Assembly (NCBI GenBank): GCA_963741955.1
Contig: CAVUKB010000007.1
Location: 96,001 to 160,000, forward strand
Origin: an uncultured Acidobacteriota bacterium
GTDB lineage: Bacteria > Acidobacteriota > Thermoanaerobaculia > Gp7-AA8
Length of the DNA stretch: 64,000 nucleotides
Direction: 5' to 3'
Shown: positions 19,247 through 28,976 of the stretch, one piece after another
Numbering within the stretch: the first letter of the stretch is position 1
Layout of the letters: every line of letters starts with the position of its first letter
The notes under the pieces: generated by a model
Told to the model about the DNA's origin: nothing
Databases searched by the model: none
What the model saw: the letters and a program-made list of their open reading frames with translations, nothing else
Made by a program: the position numbers and the translations under genes

Positions 19247-19720
19247 ATGGAAGAACGCGAACGCAAGTTTCTCGAACGGGTCTCGCAAATCGTCGACTCC
19301 GAACTGGAGATCTCCACGATTGCCCGGGAGAGGGCCGCAACCGATGACGTGCGGGCGTTCGCCCGGGATCTGATCAATCATCGACTCCGCCTGAGCGGGG
19401 AGATCGGCCGACGCGCCGCCGCCGACGGAGTCGACATCGGGCACGGCGTGGACGACGATCGGAAGATCCTCCGCGGAAAATTCGAGACCCTTCAGGGGAC
19501 GGAGCTCGATCGCGAATACGTCTCGACGATTCTCTACGACGAGACGGCGATCGTGCGCGAGTTCCGCCACAACGCGAAAGTGAAAGGCGACGTCGTTCGC
19601 GAGCTGGTCGAAACGAACACGGAGGAGATCGAGAGCGGATTGCGCCGCTCGAAGAAGCTTGCCGATTTCCTCGGCATCCCCGCGGCCGCGGCGGCCGAAG
19701 AATCACGAACCGCGAAGTGA
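19247..19720 (+). CDS. DUF4142-like (ferritin-like) protein
   Basis: FL......ELEIS.IA.ERA...VRAFA..LI..., L.G.ELDREYV; AAGGAGG RBS before ATG 19247. Confidence 0.7.
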   Translation: MEERERKFLERVSQIVDSELEISTIARERAATDDVRAFARDLINHRLRLSGEIGRRAAADGVDIGHGVDDDRKILRGKFETLQGTELDREYVSTILYDETAIVREFRHNAKVKGDVVRELVETNTEEIESGLRRSKKLADFLGIPAAAAAEESRTAK

Positions 19721-20160
19721 GTCGAACGAGCGTCTGAACCGTTTACGCCGCGAAACGGGAACGGGGACGGATCGGCGGGCCGTAACTGGATGCAAGGGAC
19801 TTACGAAACCCTGCACCAGGCGCCTCCGTTCGCTGCCCAGCCGTGGTCCGGAGCGGCGGTCCGACGCGGGAAGCGACGATGCCGTGAGACGTGCCGCCAC
19901 ACGTGCGGAAGGATCGGCGACGCTCTCCCCCCGCGTGATCCGGCACGGAGTGAACGCGTCGCAATCACCTCGTCGCGCGACTTCCGAAGTGAAATTGGTC
20001 GAGTTATTGTGCTCGATCGAAGAAAATCGCCGATTTCGTGCGAAAAAACGCATTTTTCTCTTGCGCTCGAGGGTCGTTTCTGGCTAGAGTCCGCCAGCCC
20101 CACTGCAACGAATCGTGAGAAGCGGTGCAAGGCGAATCGAGTGTGTTAAAGGAGACTTCT

Positions 20161-20457
20161 ATGGCCCAGGCCAAACCGATGACGAAGTCACAGGTCGCAG
20201 AACATCTCGCCGAGAAAACCGGGACGACCAAGAAAACGGCAGCTCAGTTCCTCGACGAACTGGCGCAGCTTGCCTACAAGGAAGCGAAGAAAGGCTTCAC
20301 GCTTCCCGGACTCGGCAAACTCGTGCTCGTGCAGCGCAAAGCCCGCAAGGGCCGCAACCCCGCCACCGGCGAGACCATCAAGATCCCGGCCAAGCGCGTG
20401 GTGAAGTTCCGCGTGGCGAAACCCGCGAAGGACGCGATTCTCGGCGTCAAGAAGTAG
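20161..20457 (+). CDS. hup: HU family DNA-binding protein
   Basis: MTKSQV, LPGLGK, RKARKGRNPATGETIKIPAKRVVKF; AAGGAG RBS. Confidence 0.95.
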   Translation: MAQAKPMTKSQVAEHLAEKTGTTKKTAAQFLDELAQLAYKEAKKGFTLPGLGKLVLVQRKARKGRNPATGETIKIPAKRVVKFRVAKPAKDAILGVKK

Positions 20458-20490
20458 ATCCGAGCGGTCGCGGCTTCGGCCGAAGTTCCG

Positions 20491-20533
20491 GGGAGGACAG
20501 GTGCACTCGAGGCCCTGCCCTCCTCTTTTTTTC
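20491..20533 (+). terminator. Putative intrinsic terminator after HU
   Basis: Imperfect GC stem (gaggacagg/cctgccctc) followed by a T run. Confidence 0.5.
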
Positions 20534-20636
20534 CCCGCATCGCGTCTGATCGTCGATGCGATGCGCGCCGGAACGTCACCGCTCCCGCTCTGCCGGTACA
20601 GCGATTGCTCCCGAGTCGGACGAACGTCTGCAGTCG

Positions 20637-21989
20637 ATGAACGCGCGATCTCACCCGGTACTTCGAGCTCTTCGTCATCGCAACTACCGTCTGTTCTTCG
20701 GCGGGCAGAGCGTCTCGCTGGTCGGCACCTGGATCACCCGAATCGCGACGGCCTGGCTCGTCTACCGTCTCACCGGCTCCGAGCTTCTCCTCGGCATCGT
20801 CGGGTTCTGCAGCCAGATCCCGATGCTCGTCCTCGCCCCGTTCGCCGGCGTCCTCGTCGATCGATGGGACCGGCACAGAATTCTCCTCCTGACTCAGGGT
20901 CTCTCCCTGCTCCAGTCCGCCTCTCTCGCGATACTCACCCTCGGCGGCTGGATCACCGTGACCGAGATCATCGTCCTCCAGCTCGTGCAGGGGATGATCA
21001 ATTCCTTCGACACTCCCGCGCGCCAGGCCTTCGTGGTGCAGATGGTGGAAGATCGTGAGGATCTTCCGAACGCGATCGCGCTCAACTCCTCCATGGTCAA
21101 CGCTTCCCGGATCCTCGGTCCGTCCATCGGAGGAGTCCTGATCGCCGCTCTCGGAGAAGGATGGTGCTTCACCGTCGATGCCGTCTCGTATCTCGCGGTG
21201 ATCGGATCGCTCCTCGCGATGAGAGTGGTGAGCGTGCCGCGCGCCCCGGCCGACACGCACGTCCTCGCCGAGCTGCGCACCGGCTTCGAGTACGTCTCGC
21301 GTTTCGTCCCGGTCCGTGCGCTCCTGCTGATGATCGCGCTGGTCGGGACGATGGCCATGCCGTACAACACCCTGATGCCGGTCGTCGCGAAACAGGTCCT
21401 GCACGGCGGACCGCACACCCTCGGCATCCTGATGACTGCAGCCGGGATCGGCGCACTGGCCGGGACGCTCTATCTCGCTTCGCGACGAAGCGTTCTCGGT
21501 CTGGGACGGGTGATCCTCATCTCCACCACCGCGCTCAGTTTCGCCCTGATCGCCTTCTCGTTCTCCCACACGCTCTGGATCTCGCTCCTCCTTCTTCCCT
21601 TCATCGGCGGCGGGATGATGGTTCAGACCGCGTCCACGAACACCATCCTCCAGACCGTGGTCGACGAGAAGCTGCGGGGACGGGTGATGGCGTTTTACGC
21701 GACGGCGATCCTCGGTACGCTTCCGATCGGGAGCCTTCTCGCCGGCGCGGTTGCCAGCCGGATCGGCGCGCCGCGAACGATTCTGATCGGAGGATGCGCC
21801 TGCCTCGCCGGTGCGATCTGGTTTGCCTTCCGGCGCCCCGCACTCGCGCGCCTGATCCGTCCCGTCTACATGGAACGCGGAATCATTCCGTGGGAGGAAG
21901 CGACGTATCAGGGCGTAGTGGTGACCGGAGTGGCGGACGTCGAGCCGTCGCCGCCGGGCGCTTCGAATGCTGACCGGCCGCGTGAATGA
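20637..21989 (+). CDS. MFS transporter (MFS_3/DUF894-like)
   Basis: ALRHRNYRLFFGGQ.VS..GTW, G..VDRWDR, D.PARQA, ~12 TM. Confidence 0.9.
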   Translation: MNARSHPVLRALRHRNYRLFFGGQSVSLVGTWITRIATAWLVYRLTGSELLLGIVGFCSQIPMLVLAPFAGVLVDRWDRHRILLLTQGLSLLQSASLAILTLGGWITVTEIIVLQLVQGMINSFDTPARQAFVVQMVEDREDLPNAIALNSSMVNASRILGPSIGGVLIAALGEGWCFTVDAVSYLAVIGSLLAMRVVSVPRAPADTHVLAELRTGFEYVSRFVPVRALLLMIALVGTMAMPYNTLMPVVAKQVLHGGPHTLGILMTAAGIGALAGTLYLASRRSVLGLGRVILISTTALSFALIAFSFSHTLWISLLLLPFIGGGMMVQTASTNTILQTVVDEKLRGRVMAFYATAILGTLPIGSLLAGAVASRIGAPRTILIGGCACLAGAIWFAFRRPALARLIRPVYMERGIIPWEEATYQGVVVTGVADVEPSPPGASNADRPRE

Positions 21990-22036
21990 GCCACCGCCGC
22001 AGGAGAGCACCATCCGTGTTCCGGCGATTCTCCTGT

Positions 22037-22092
22037 TCTGCCAAGGGGCGCCGCGGCTCCCGCCGCGGCCGGCACGGCGGACGCCGTGCCGC
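22037..22092. repeat. Family D double-hairpin repeat, copy 2
   Basis: Matches 16254-16309. Confidence 0.85.
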
Positions 22093-22115
22093 TCCCGTTG
22101 CAACTCCCGTCGGGG

Positions 22116-22829
22116 TCAATGCTCCAGAGAACCTCTGAGGAAGCTCAGAGTCAGGGCCCATGCGTCGCGTGCTGCGTCGCGGTTGTATGCGGGACGCATG
22201 TCGCAGAAGAACCCGTGATCCGCGAACGAGAAAAGTGTCTCGATGAACGGCCTGGAGGCCGCCTCGAGCGCCTGTCGCACCGAACTGCGCACATCGGGGC
22301 CGATGTGCTTGTCCAGCCCTCCCCAGAAAAGAAGGAGCGGACCGTGCTGCGCCGGTGCGCGGTCGAGAAGAGCCGGCGCGATCCCGCCGCCGTAGTACGA
22401 AACGGCCGCCGTGAGCGGAAGGATCGAATTTGCGAGGAACGATGTGCGTCCGCCCATGCAGTAGCCGGTCGACGACACTCTCCCGTCACACGAGCGGTCG
22501 TTCCGCAGAAGCTCGTACGTCGCGCGGATGTCTGCCTCGAGGCCTTCGACCGTCAGTGCCTTCACGTGCGGCATCACCGCGTCGAAGTCGCCGTACGGAC
22601 CTTCGAAGCCCGGAGGAGCACTTCGATGAAACAGCTCCGGCGCCATCGCCACGAAGCCTTCACGTGCGAACCGCCCGGCGACGTCCCGGATGTGTGCGTT
22701 CACCCCGAACGCTTCCTGGAAAACAAGGAGCCCCGGCGCCTCTGCGGCTGCCGGTCTCGCGATGAAGACGTTCATGGCGGTTCCGTCTGCGACCTCGACC
22801 GAGACCGTCTCCATGGCTGTTTCGCGCAT
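22116..22829 (-). CDS. Dienelactone hydrolase family protein
   Basis: QEAFGVN.HI, GYCMGG nucleophile motif, HGFFCD; AGGAGG RBS. Confidence 0.93.
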   Translation of the reverse strand: MRETAMETVSVEVADGTAMNVFIARPAAAEAPGLLVFQEAFGVNAHIRDVAGRFAREGFVAMAPELFHRSAPPGFEGPYGDFDAVMPHVKALTVEGLEADIRATYELLRNDRSCDGRVSSTGYCMGGRTSFLANSILPLTAAVSYYGGGIAPALLDRAPAQHGPLLLFWGGLDKHIGPDVRSSVRQALEAASRPFIETLFSFADHGFFCDMRPAYNRDAARDAWALTLSFLRGSLEH

Positions 22830-22841
22830 CTCCACCTCCTG

Positions 22842-23295
22842 GCCAACATTTCTCACATCGTCTCTGCTGCGGAGACGGATAGCGGCCTGTCTACTAGTGG
22901 CCTGTAACGAAGGAATTGGTGCTGCCGTTGCGGGCGCCGCGCGGACAGATGCGAGACGGCGCGACGCAGGCGATGCGGGACATCGTCGAGGAGCGACGGC
23001 GAACCAGATGGCCGCGCGCCGCCCGCAACCCGCAGGGCTGGTGGAGGTTGCCGGGGAATCTCGGCGTCACTCGTTGTCGGCGATGCCACCGCATCGCCTC
23101 CTCCTCGTTCCTTGACCTCCCCCGGCAAGCACCACCAGCGGCGCTACCAATTCCTCCGTTACAGGCCACTACGTTGCGCACGTCTTCGGCTCCTCAACAT
23201 AGTCACCGCTATGCCTTCGTCGCCGAAGCTGCGCGCGCCTTGTATCCAGACCGCTCTCCGCCTCCTCGCGTCGAGACGGTGTGAGAAATGCGGGC
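22842..23295. mobile_element. Family A MITE-like copy interrupted by a nested insertion
   Basis: Flanks (catttctcacatcg... and ...ggtgtgagaaatgcgggc) align with 24115-24267 and 32856-33031 once 22897-23171 is removed. Confidence 0.8.
22897..23169. mobile_element. 273-bp MITE (family C) with 24-bp TIRs and TA target duplication
   Basis: GTGGCCTGTAACGAAGGAATTGGT ... ACCAATTCCTCCGTTACAGGCCAC (1 mismatch); TA on both sides; empty site tgtctacTAcgttg at 24161-24174. Confidence 0.85.
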
Positions 23296-23389
23296 TGGAG
23301 TCATTCGATCAAGCGAGAACGCACACCACGATCGATGCCAGAACGCGGAATGTTCCGATGTGCCGGCGTCGACGCCGCTGGAGTTCACC

Positions 23390-24001
23390 TCAATGTCCGC
23401 AGGAACAGATTGCCTTCTTGAACTCCGGCGAGCCGAAGAGCTGAATCGACGCGCGGTCCAGCGCGTGGTTGAGTGTCTCCTGATAGTTGTCACTGCTCCC
23501 CGAGTATCCGTAGTTCTCGGCGTGCCCGGTTGCCCGCTCTTTCCAGCAGCTGGTAACGCTGTCCGCAGGAACCAGCTCTGCGGTGAGGGTGATGTCTCCC
23601 TCGTATCCCGAGCGATGAAGGACGTTCTCACTGGTGTTGATCCGCTCGACGGTGATGTGCAGCGCGGGAGCACCTGCGGAGCGGGTCATCGCGCCGCTGC
23701 GGGCGAGCGCCGCTTCGATTCCGGAGCGGACCCAGGCCGCGACGTCACTGCCGGCCGTGACCGCCGCTGCGGGCGCCGAGCTCCCTTCGACCGAGCGCGT
23801 GCCGAGATTCGGTTCGGTGCGCGCATCGGTGACCAGCACGTCGGAAACTGCGGAGCAGAGAGGGAGGGCGGGAAACTGCCCTGGCGTGGCCATCATTTTG
23901 TACTCCAGCGGAACCGAGAGCGGTCCGACGGAAGAGGGGGTCGAACAGCCGGGAAGGAGCGCTGAGAGGACTACCGCCAGCACGAACGTGATTCGTTTCA
24001 T
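23390..24001 (-). CDS. Putative lipoprotein (YajG-like)
   Basis: Lipobox LPGC after hydrophobic signal; V.DAR motif; GGAGG RBS. Confidence 0.65.
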   Translation of the reverse strand: MKRITFVLAVVLSALLPGCSTPSSVGPLSVPLEYKMMATPGQFPALPLCSAVSDVLVTDARTEPNLGTRSVEGSSAPAAAVTAGSDVAAWVRSGIEAALARSGAMTRSAGAPALHITVERINTSENVLHRSGYEGDITLTAELVPADSVTSCWKERATGHAENYGYSGSSDNYQETLNHALDRASIQLFGSPEFKKAICSCGH

Positions 24002-24114
24002 GAGAAGGACCTCCGCTTGGAGAGAGTTCTCCGCTTACGATCGGTGCATTCATCCTACCTCCGTTGCCCCGATTTCTCACCCATCCTCTCGTCGCGGAGT
24101 GGAGGGGGTGGCCA

Positions 24115-24296
24115 GCCCGCATTTCTCACATCGTCTCTGCTGCGGAGACGGATAGCGGGCTGTCTACTACGTTGTGCACACTTTCGGCTCCTCGACATAG
24201 TCACCACTATGCCTTCGTCGCCGAAGCTGCGCGCGCCTTGTATCCAGGCCGCTCTCCGCCTTCTCGCTTGGACGTTCCTGCCGCGCAGACTCCCAG
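24115..24296. mobile_element. Chimeric family A / family B repeat
   Basis: Family A sequence up to ~24267, then the family B end (ggacgttcctgccgcgcagactcc). Confidence 0.65.
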
Positions 24297-24407
24297 GCTG
24301 CGAGTTGCGCGCAACCTCGGCGCGGACCGCGCTCCGCAGAAATCCCGTGAACATTCCGGCTAGAATCCCCTGGCAGGCGATCCGCAATTCCCGTCTGCCG
24401 GTGACCG

Positions 24408-24836
24408 ATGTCGGAATCCTCGCGAGTCGATTTCCAGGAACTTCTCAACCATGTCGTTCCGGCGGCACAGCAGATGCTGCACGGAAAACGCGCGTTCTAT
24501 CCGTTCGGCGCGATCCTGACCCGCGACGGCGAGTACGAGCCGCGGGTGATCGACTATGAAGGATCGTTTCCCGATCCGAAGGCGCTGATCGGCAGACTCA
24601 CCGACCGCTTTCGCGCGGACATTCTGAGCGGGAGCGCCCGCGCCCTCGCCGCATGTGTGAACGTCCGCATCGTCCTTCCCGGGCAGAAGAGACGGAAGGA
24701 CGCCGTCCTGGTCTCGCTCGAGCACGAGACCGGCGACGCGGTCAATGCCTACATCCCGTACCGCAAGCGCTGGTTCGGCGAGACCACCTGGGGCGATCCG
24801 GTCTTCGAACCGGCCAGGCCGACCATCTTCACGTGA
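24408..24836 (+). CDS. Hypothetical protein
   Basis: Typical codon usage; FYPFGA and V.LEH segments; TAGAAT upstream at 24361. Confidence 0.7.
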   Translation: MSESSRVDFQELLNHVVPAAQQMLHGKRAFYPFGAILTRDGEYEPRVIDYEGSFPDPKALIGRLTDRFRADILSGSARALAACVNVRIVLPGQKRRKDAVLVSLEHETGDAVNAYIPYRKRWFGETTWGDPVFEPARPTIFT

Positions 24837-24931
24837 GATCGCGGATCCCGGATGTCAAATGGCGGCTCCCCCCGCTTTTCTGCTAGGCTCGCTCTTTCAC
24901 CAGCGACTCGACGGCAGGAGAACGGCAGGCT

Positions 24932-25243
24932 ATGGACGCTGAAGACCGCCGGAAATCGATCTGGAGTGTGGCCTCCGGAGTGCTTCTCAAATCGGCCGCG
25001 CTCGGCCTCTTCTTCTTACTCCAAGAAGCCTCGCCTTTTCGCATCCCTCTGTTCTGGGTTCTCTACGTCACCGGGGCGGTGATCTTCTTCCTCGGCTGCG
25101 TCCAGTGGGCCCGGGCGAAAGGACGCACCGCCGCAGTCGGTCTCGTCGCGATCTTCGGGCTCGTCGCCGTGGTCGTCCTCGCCCTCCTTCCGGACCGGAG
25201 CCGCGATTCGGAGGACGCAGTCGCAGGCGAAGCGGTCGCGTGA
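24932..25243 (+). CDS. Small hypothetical membrane protein
   Basis: Three hydrophobic segments; A.AKGR and LPDR; AGGAG upstream. Confidence 0.65.
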   Translation: MDAEDRRKSIWSVASGVLLKSAALGLFFLLQEASPFRIPLFWVLYVTGAVIFFLGCVQWARAKGRTAAVGLVAIFGLVAVVVLALLPDRSRDSEDAVAGEAVA

Positions 25244-25458
25244 CAGGCTCTTGTTCTGCCCTGGCGACTCGCCGAAAATCCGGGCGAATTGGGACCGCTG
25301 ATCCGCTTACGCAGCAGGACAGTTTCTACCGCGCAGACTCTGGGCCACCCGTGACAGAATAATATTCTCGTAACGCGCCTTTTCTGCGCAATAAATGCGC
25401 AGAGCGATCCTTTAAGCAGACTTTTCTTCTGCGACCGGGAACGCCGCAACCTTGTCAC

Positions 25459-25540
25459 ACACCCCGATCCCCGACGCTTCTCAGATCCTCAATCCTCGAT
25501 CCCCGACCCCCGACCCCCGACCCCGACCCCCGATTCCGAT
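25459..25540. repeat. Heptamer tandem tract (CCCCGAC-type)
   Basis: Read directly from sequence. Confidence 0.8.
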
Positions 25541-25553
25541 GTAACATCGCACC

Positions 25554-26495
25554 GTGACGGTTCAGCGCATCCGCGTGATCGATTCCCACACTGCCGGCGA
25601 GCCGACCCGCACGGTCATCGACGGGTTTCCCGATCTCGGAACGGGATCGGTTTCGGATCGGCGCGAGCGCTTCCGGCGTGAGCTCGACCGCTACCGCTCG
25701 GCCGTGGTGAACGAGCCGCGAGGCTCCGACCCGGTGGTCGGCGCGCTTCTGATTCCTCCCGCCGATCCCTCGTGCGTCGTGGGCGTGATCTTCTTCAACA
25801 ACGTGGGATTCCTCGGGATGTGCGGTCACGGGACGATTGGCGTCGTCTCGACGCTCGCCTGGCTGGGGCGCATCGTTCCGGGGACGCATCGAATCGAAAC
25901 GCCGGTCGGCATCGTCTCCGCGACGCTCGATGGGTCGGGAGACGTGTCGGTCGCGAACGTCCCGAGCTACCGTTACCGCCGCGGAGTGACGGTGGAAGCG
26001 CCCCCCTTCGGCCGCTTCACCGGCGACATCGCGTGGGGTGGAAACTGGTTCTTCCTGGTGCAGGATCATGGCGAAGTTCTCGCCCTCGACCGCGTGGAAC
26101 GGCTCACCGAGCTCACCTGGACCATTCGGAAGGCGCTCGAGGAGAACGGGATCACGGGGAGCGAGGGGGCGGTGATCGACCACGTCGAGCTGTTCGGACC
26201 ACCGGCCCGGCCGGACGCCGACAGCAGGAATTTCGTACTCTGTCCCGGGAAACAGTACGACCGCTCCCCCTGCGGAACCGGAACGAGTGCGAAGATTGCA
26301 TCTCTCCACGAAGACGGCAGGCTGAAAGAGGGTCAGGTCTGGAGACAGGAGGGCATCGTGGGGACTCTTTTCGAAGGATGGGTGGAACGGGAAGGCGATG
26401 CGATCCGGCCGACCATCCGCGGAAGGGCGTTCGTCAACTCCGAAGCGACGCTGGTACTCGATTCCGAAGATCCCTTCTGCTGGGGAATCCGGTGA
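25554..26495 (+). CDS. 4-hydroxyproline 2-epimerase (proline racemase family)
   Basis: DSHTAGEPTR, GVIFFNNVGFLGMCGHGTIG and DRSPCGTGTSA (Cys/Cys dyad); operon context. Confidence 0.9.
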   Translation: MTVQRIRVIDSHTAGEPTRTVIDGFPDLGTGSVSDRRERFRRELDRYRSAVVNEPRGSDPVVGALLIPPADPSCVVGVIFFNNVGFLGMCGHGTIGVVSTLAWLGRIVPGTHRIETPVGIVSATLDGSGDVSVANVPSYRYRRGVTVEAPPFGRFTGDIAWGGNWFFLVQDHGEVLALDRVERLTELTWTIRKALEENGITGSEGAVIDHVELFGPPARPDADSRNFVLCPGKQYDRSPCGTGTSAKIASLHEDGRLKEGQVWRQEGIVGTLFEGWVEREGDAIRPTIRGRAFVNSEATLVLDSEDPFCWGIR

Positions 26496-26627
26496 AGAAG
26501 GTCGCGTGGATCGAATCTTGCCGGCTCCACTCGAAATTGACTCCCTGAAACAGATCGCAGAATCGATTCATCAGCCAGCAGACGACAGACACTCGATATC
26601 CAATCGCAGATCGCGGATACCACACCC

Positions 26628-27881
26628 ATGTCGAAACTCGTGATTGTCGGAGCCGGGATCGCCGGCCTCTCGAGCGCCCTCTATGCCGCGGAGAAGGGCC
26701 ATGAAGTCACCGTGCTCGAGCGCGCCTCCGCGGAGAGTGAGAACTGCTCGTATGGCAACGCAGGGATGATCGTGCCGAGCCATTTCATCCCTCTCGCCGC
26801 GCCGGGCGTGATGCGCCTCGCCCTCAGGTGGATGTGGAACCGGGAGAGTCCGTTCTGGCTGCGGCCACGCCTGGACCGTGAACTGATCCGTTGGGGACGG
26901 CACTTCCGCCACGCCGCGACTCCGTTACACGTTGCGCAATCGGCGCCGCTCCTGCGCGACCTCCACTTCGCGAGCCGCGCCGCCTACGTCGAGCTGGCGC
27001 GCGAAGCGGACGACTTCGGGCTCACCGAACGGGGCATCCTGATGCTCTGCCGCACCCGGGAAGGGATCGATGAGGAGATTCTGGTCGCCGAGCACGCCAC
27101 CAAGCTCGACATTCCGTGTGAAGTCCTCTCGGCGTCCGACGTCGCGAAGCTCGAGCCGAAGCTGCGGATGAAAATACGAGGCGGCGTGCTGTACGAGAAG
27201 GACGCGACTCTCGATCCGGCGCGGCTGATGACGTCGTTGAAGCGGCGGGCTGCGGACCGGGGAGTGGTCGTCAGCTACGACTCGGAGGTCCGAGGCTGGC
27301 GCGTTTCCGGAGACGCGATCGAAGCGGTGAAGACGGCGCGCGGTGACGTCACCGCGGATGAGTTCGTGATCGCCGGCGGCTCCTGGTCGTCGCATCTCGT
27401 CCGAGACCTCGGCGTGCATCTCCCGATGCAGGCGGGGAAAGGCTACAGCCTCACCATTCCGGCTCCTCCGCAGCGTCCCGCGAGAGGTTTGATCCTCAGC
27501 GAAGGCCGCGTCGCGATCACCCCGATGGGAGAAAAGGTGCGTTTCGGTGGAACCATGGAGATCGCCGGACTCGACGAGACGATCCATCCGGCGCGCCTGC
27601 GCGGCATCGTCAAGTCGGTGATCCGTTACTTTCCCGATTACAGCCGTCGGGACTTCGACGGAGTGACGCCGTGGTCGGGTCTCCGCCCCTGCTCGCCCGA
27701 CGGGCTGCCGTACATCGGCCGATTCCGCCGCTTCGCGAATCTGACCGCCGCGACCGGGCATGCGATGATGGGGATCAGCCTCGGGCCCATCACCGGAAAA
27801 CTGGTGGCGGAGATCGTCTCCGGCGAACCGCCGTCGATCGACATCGACCGACTCTCCCCGGAGCGATTTGAAGGCATCTGA
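26628..27881 (+). CDS. FAD-dependent D-amino acid dehydrogenase (probable D-hydroxyproline dehydrogenase)
   Basis: GAGIAG, SYGNAG, GKGYS, GLRPCSPDGLPYIG, GH.MMGISLGP.TG. Confidence 0.88.
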   Translation: MSKLVIVGAGIAGLSSALYAAEKGHEVTVLERASAESENCSYGNAGMIVPSHFIPLAAPGVMRLALRWMWNRESPFWLRPRLDRELIRWGRHFRHAATPLHVAQSAPLLRDLHFASRAAYVELAREADDFGLTERGILMLCRTREGIDEEILVAEHATKLDIPCEVLSASDVAKLEPKLRMKIRGGVLYEKDATLDPARLMTSLKRRAADRGVVVSYDSEVRGWRVSGDAIEAVKTARGDVTADEFVIAGGSWSSHLVRDLGVHLPMQAGKGYSLTIPAPPQRPARGLILSEGRVAITPMGEKVRFGGTMEIAGLDETIHPARLRGIVKSVIRYFPDYSRRDFDGVTPWSGLRPCSPDGLPYIGRFRRFANLTAATGHAMMGISLGPITGKLVAEIVSGEPPSIDIDRLSPERFEGI

Positions 27882-28077
27882 TATCTATTATCTATTATCT
27901 ATTATCTATTATCTGGTATCTGCTATTTATAACTTTTTATGTCGATAGAATTAAGATGGCATAATCAGGTAGATAATAGGTTGCGCGATCAGGTAGATGA
28001 TAGAAGTCAGATATCACGAAACGATAACAGATAACAGATAACAGATAACAGATAACAGATAATGGATAGGAGATGCC
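27873..28077. repeat. AT-rich inverted heptamer arrays (TATCTAT)4 ... (GATAACA)5
   Basis: Left array 27882-27923, right array 28023-28064; outer ggcatct/agatgcc complementary. Confidence 0.9.
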
Positions 28078-28082
28078 TCCCG

Positions 28083-28976
28083 ATGTTTTCAGGCGTCATT
28101 CCAGCGATCACCACTCCGTTTCGAGACGATCTCACTGTCGATCACGACGCCCTTGCCGCTCACGTCGAGTGGATGCTCGTCAGCGGCTGCAGCGGCATCG
28201 TCACGCCGGGCTCGCTCGGCGAGGGAGCGACGCTCGCGTTCGACGAGAAGCTCGAGATTCTGAATACGTGCGTCGCATCTGCCGGAGAGAAGCCGGTCCT
28301 CGCTGCGGTCTCCGCACTCTCCACCGCCGAGGCGGTCCGCCTCGCACGGGAGGCGGAGCGGGTTGGCTGCCGGGGATTGATGATTCTCCCGCCGTACGTC
28401 TATTCGAGCGACTGGCGCGAGATGAAGGCTCACCTCGATGCGGTGCTGCACGCGACGGCGCTACCCGCGATGCTCTACAACAATCCGGTGGCGTACCGGA
28501 CGGATTTCCTTCCGGAGCAGGTCGCGGAGCTGTCGGGCGAGCACCGGAATCTCGAGTCGATCAAGGAATCGAGTACCGACGTGCGGCGGATCACCGCGAT
28601 CCGGAGCCTCATCGGCGATCGGCTGGCGATCTTCGTCGGGGTCGACGACCTGATCGTGGAAGGGATGGACGCGGGTGCGACGGGATGGATCGCAGGGCTG
28701 GTCAACGCGTTCCCGCGGGAATCGGTCGAACTGTTCAATCTCGCACGCAGAGGGGAGCGTGAAAAGGCCCTCGCACTCTACCGATGGTTCCTGCCGCTGC
28801 TCCGGCTCGACACGGTGCCGAAATTCGTCCAGCTGATCAAACTGGTGCAGCAGGAAGTGGGACGGGGGAGTGAGCGCGTCCGTCCGCCACGCCTCGAGCT
28901 GTCGGGTGCGGAGCGTGAGGCCGCTCTCGGACTGATTCGAGACGCGATTGCATCGCGCCCGGAGGTGGCGGCATGA
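28083..28976 (+). CDS. DHDPS/NAL family protein (probable 1-pyrroline-4-hydroxy-2-carboxylate deaminase)
   Basis: GSLGE, MLYNNP, IKESS, GVDD, GWIAGLVNAFP; operon context. Confidence 0.85.
   Translation: MFSGVIPAITTPFRDDLTVDHDALAAHVEWMLVSGCSGIVTPGSLGEGATLAFDEKLEILNTCVASAGEKPVLAAVSALSTAEAVRLAREAERVGCRGLMILPPYVYSSDWREMKAHLDAVLHATALPAMLYNNPVAYRTDFLPEQVAELSGEHRNLESIKESSTDVRRITAIRSLIGDRLAIFVGVDDLIVEGMDAGATGWIAGLVNAFPRESVELFNLARRGEREKALALYRWFLPLLRLDTVPKFVQLIKLVQQEVGRGSERVRPPRLELSGAEREAALGLIRDAIASRPEVAA

Noticed and set aside
25554-26495. Proline racemase feeding a Stickland D-proline reductase with the PrdB-like protein
   Set aside because: Sequence motifs and operon context fit hydroxyproline epimerase, and no prdA is present in the window
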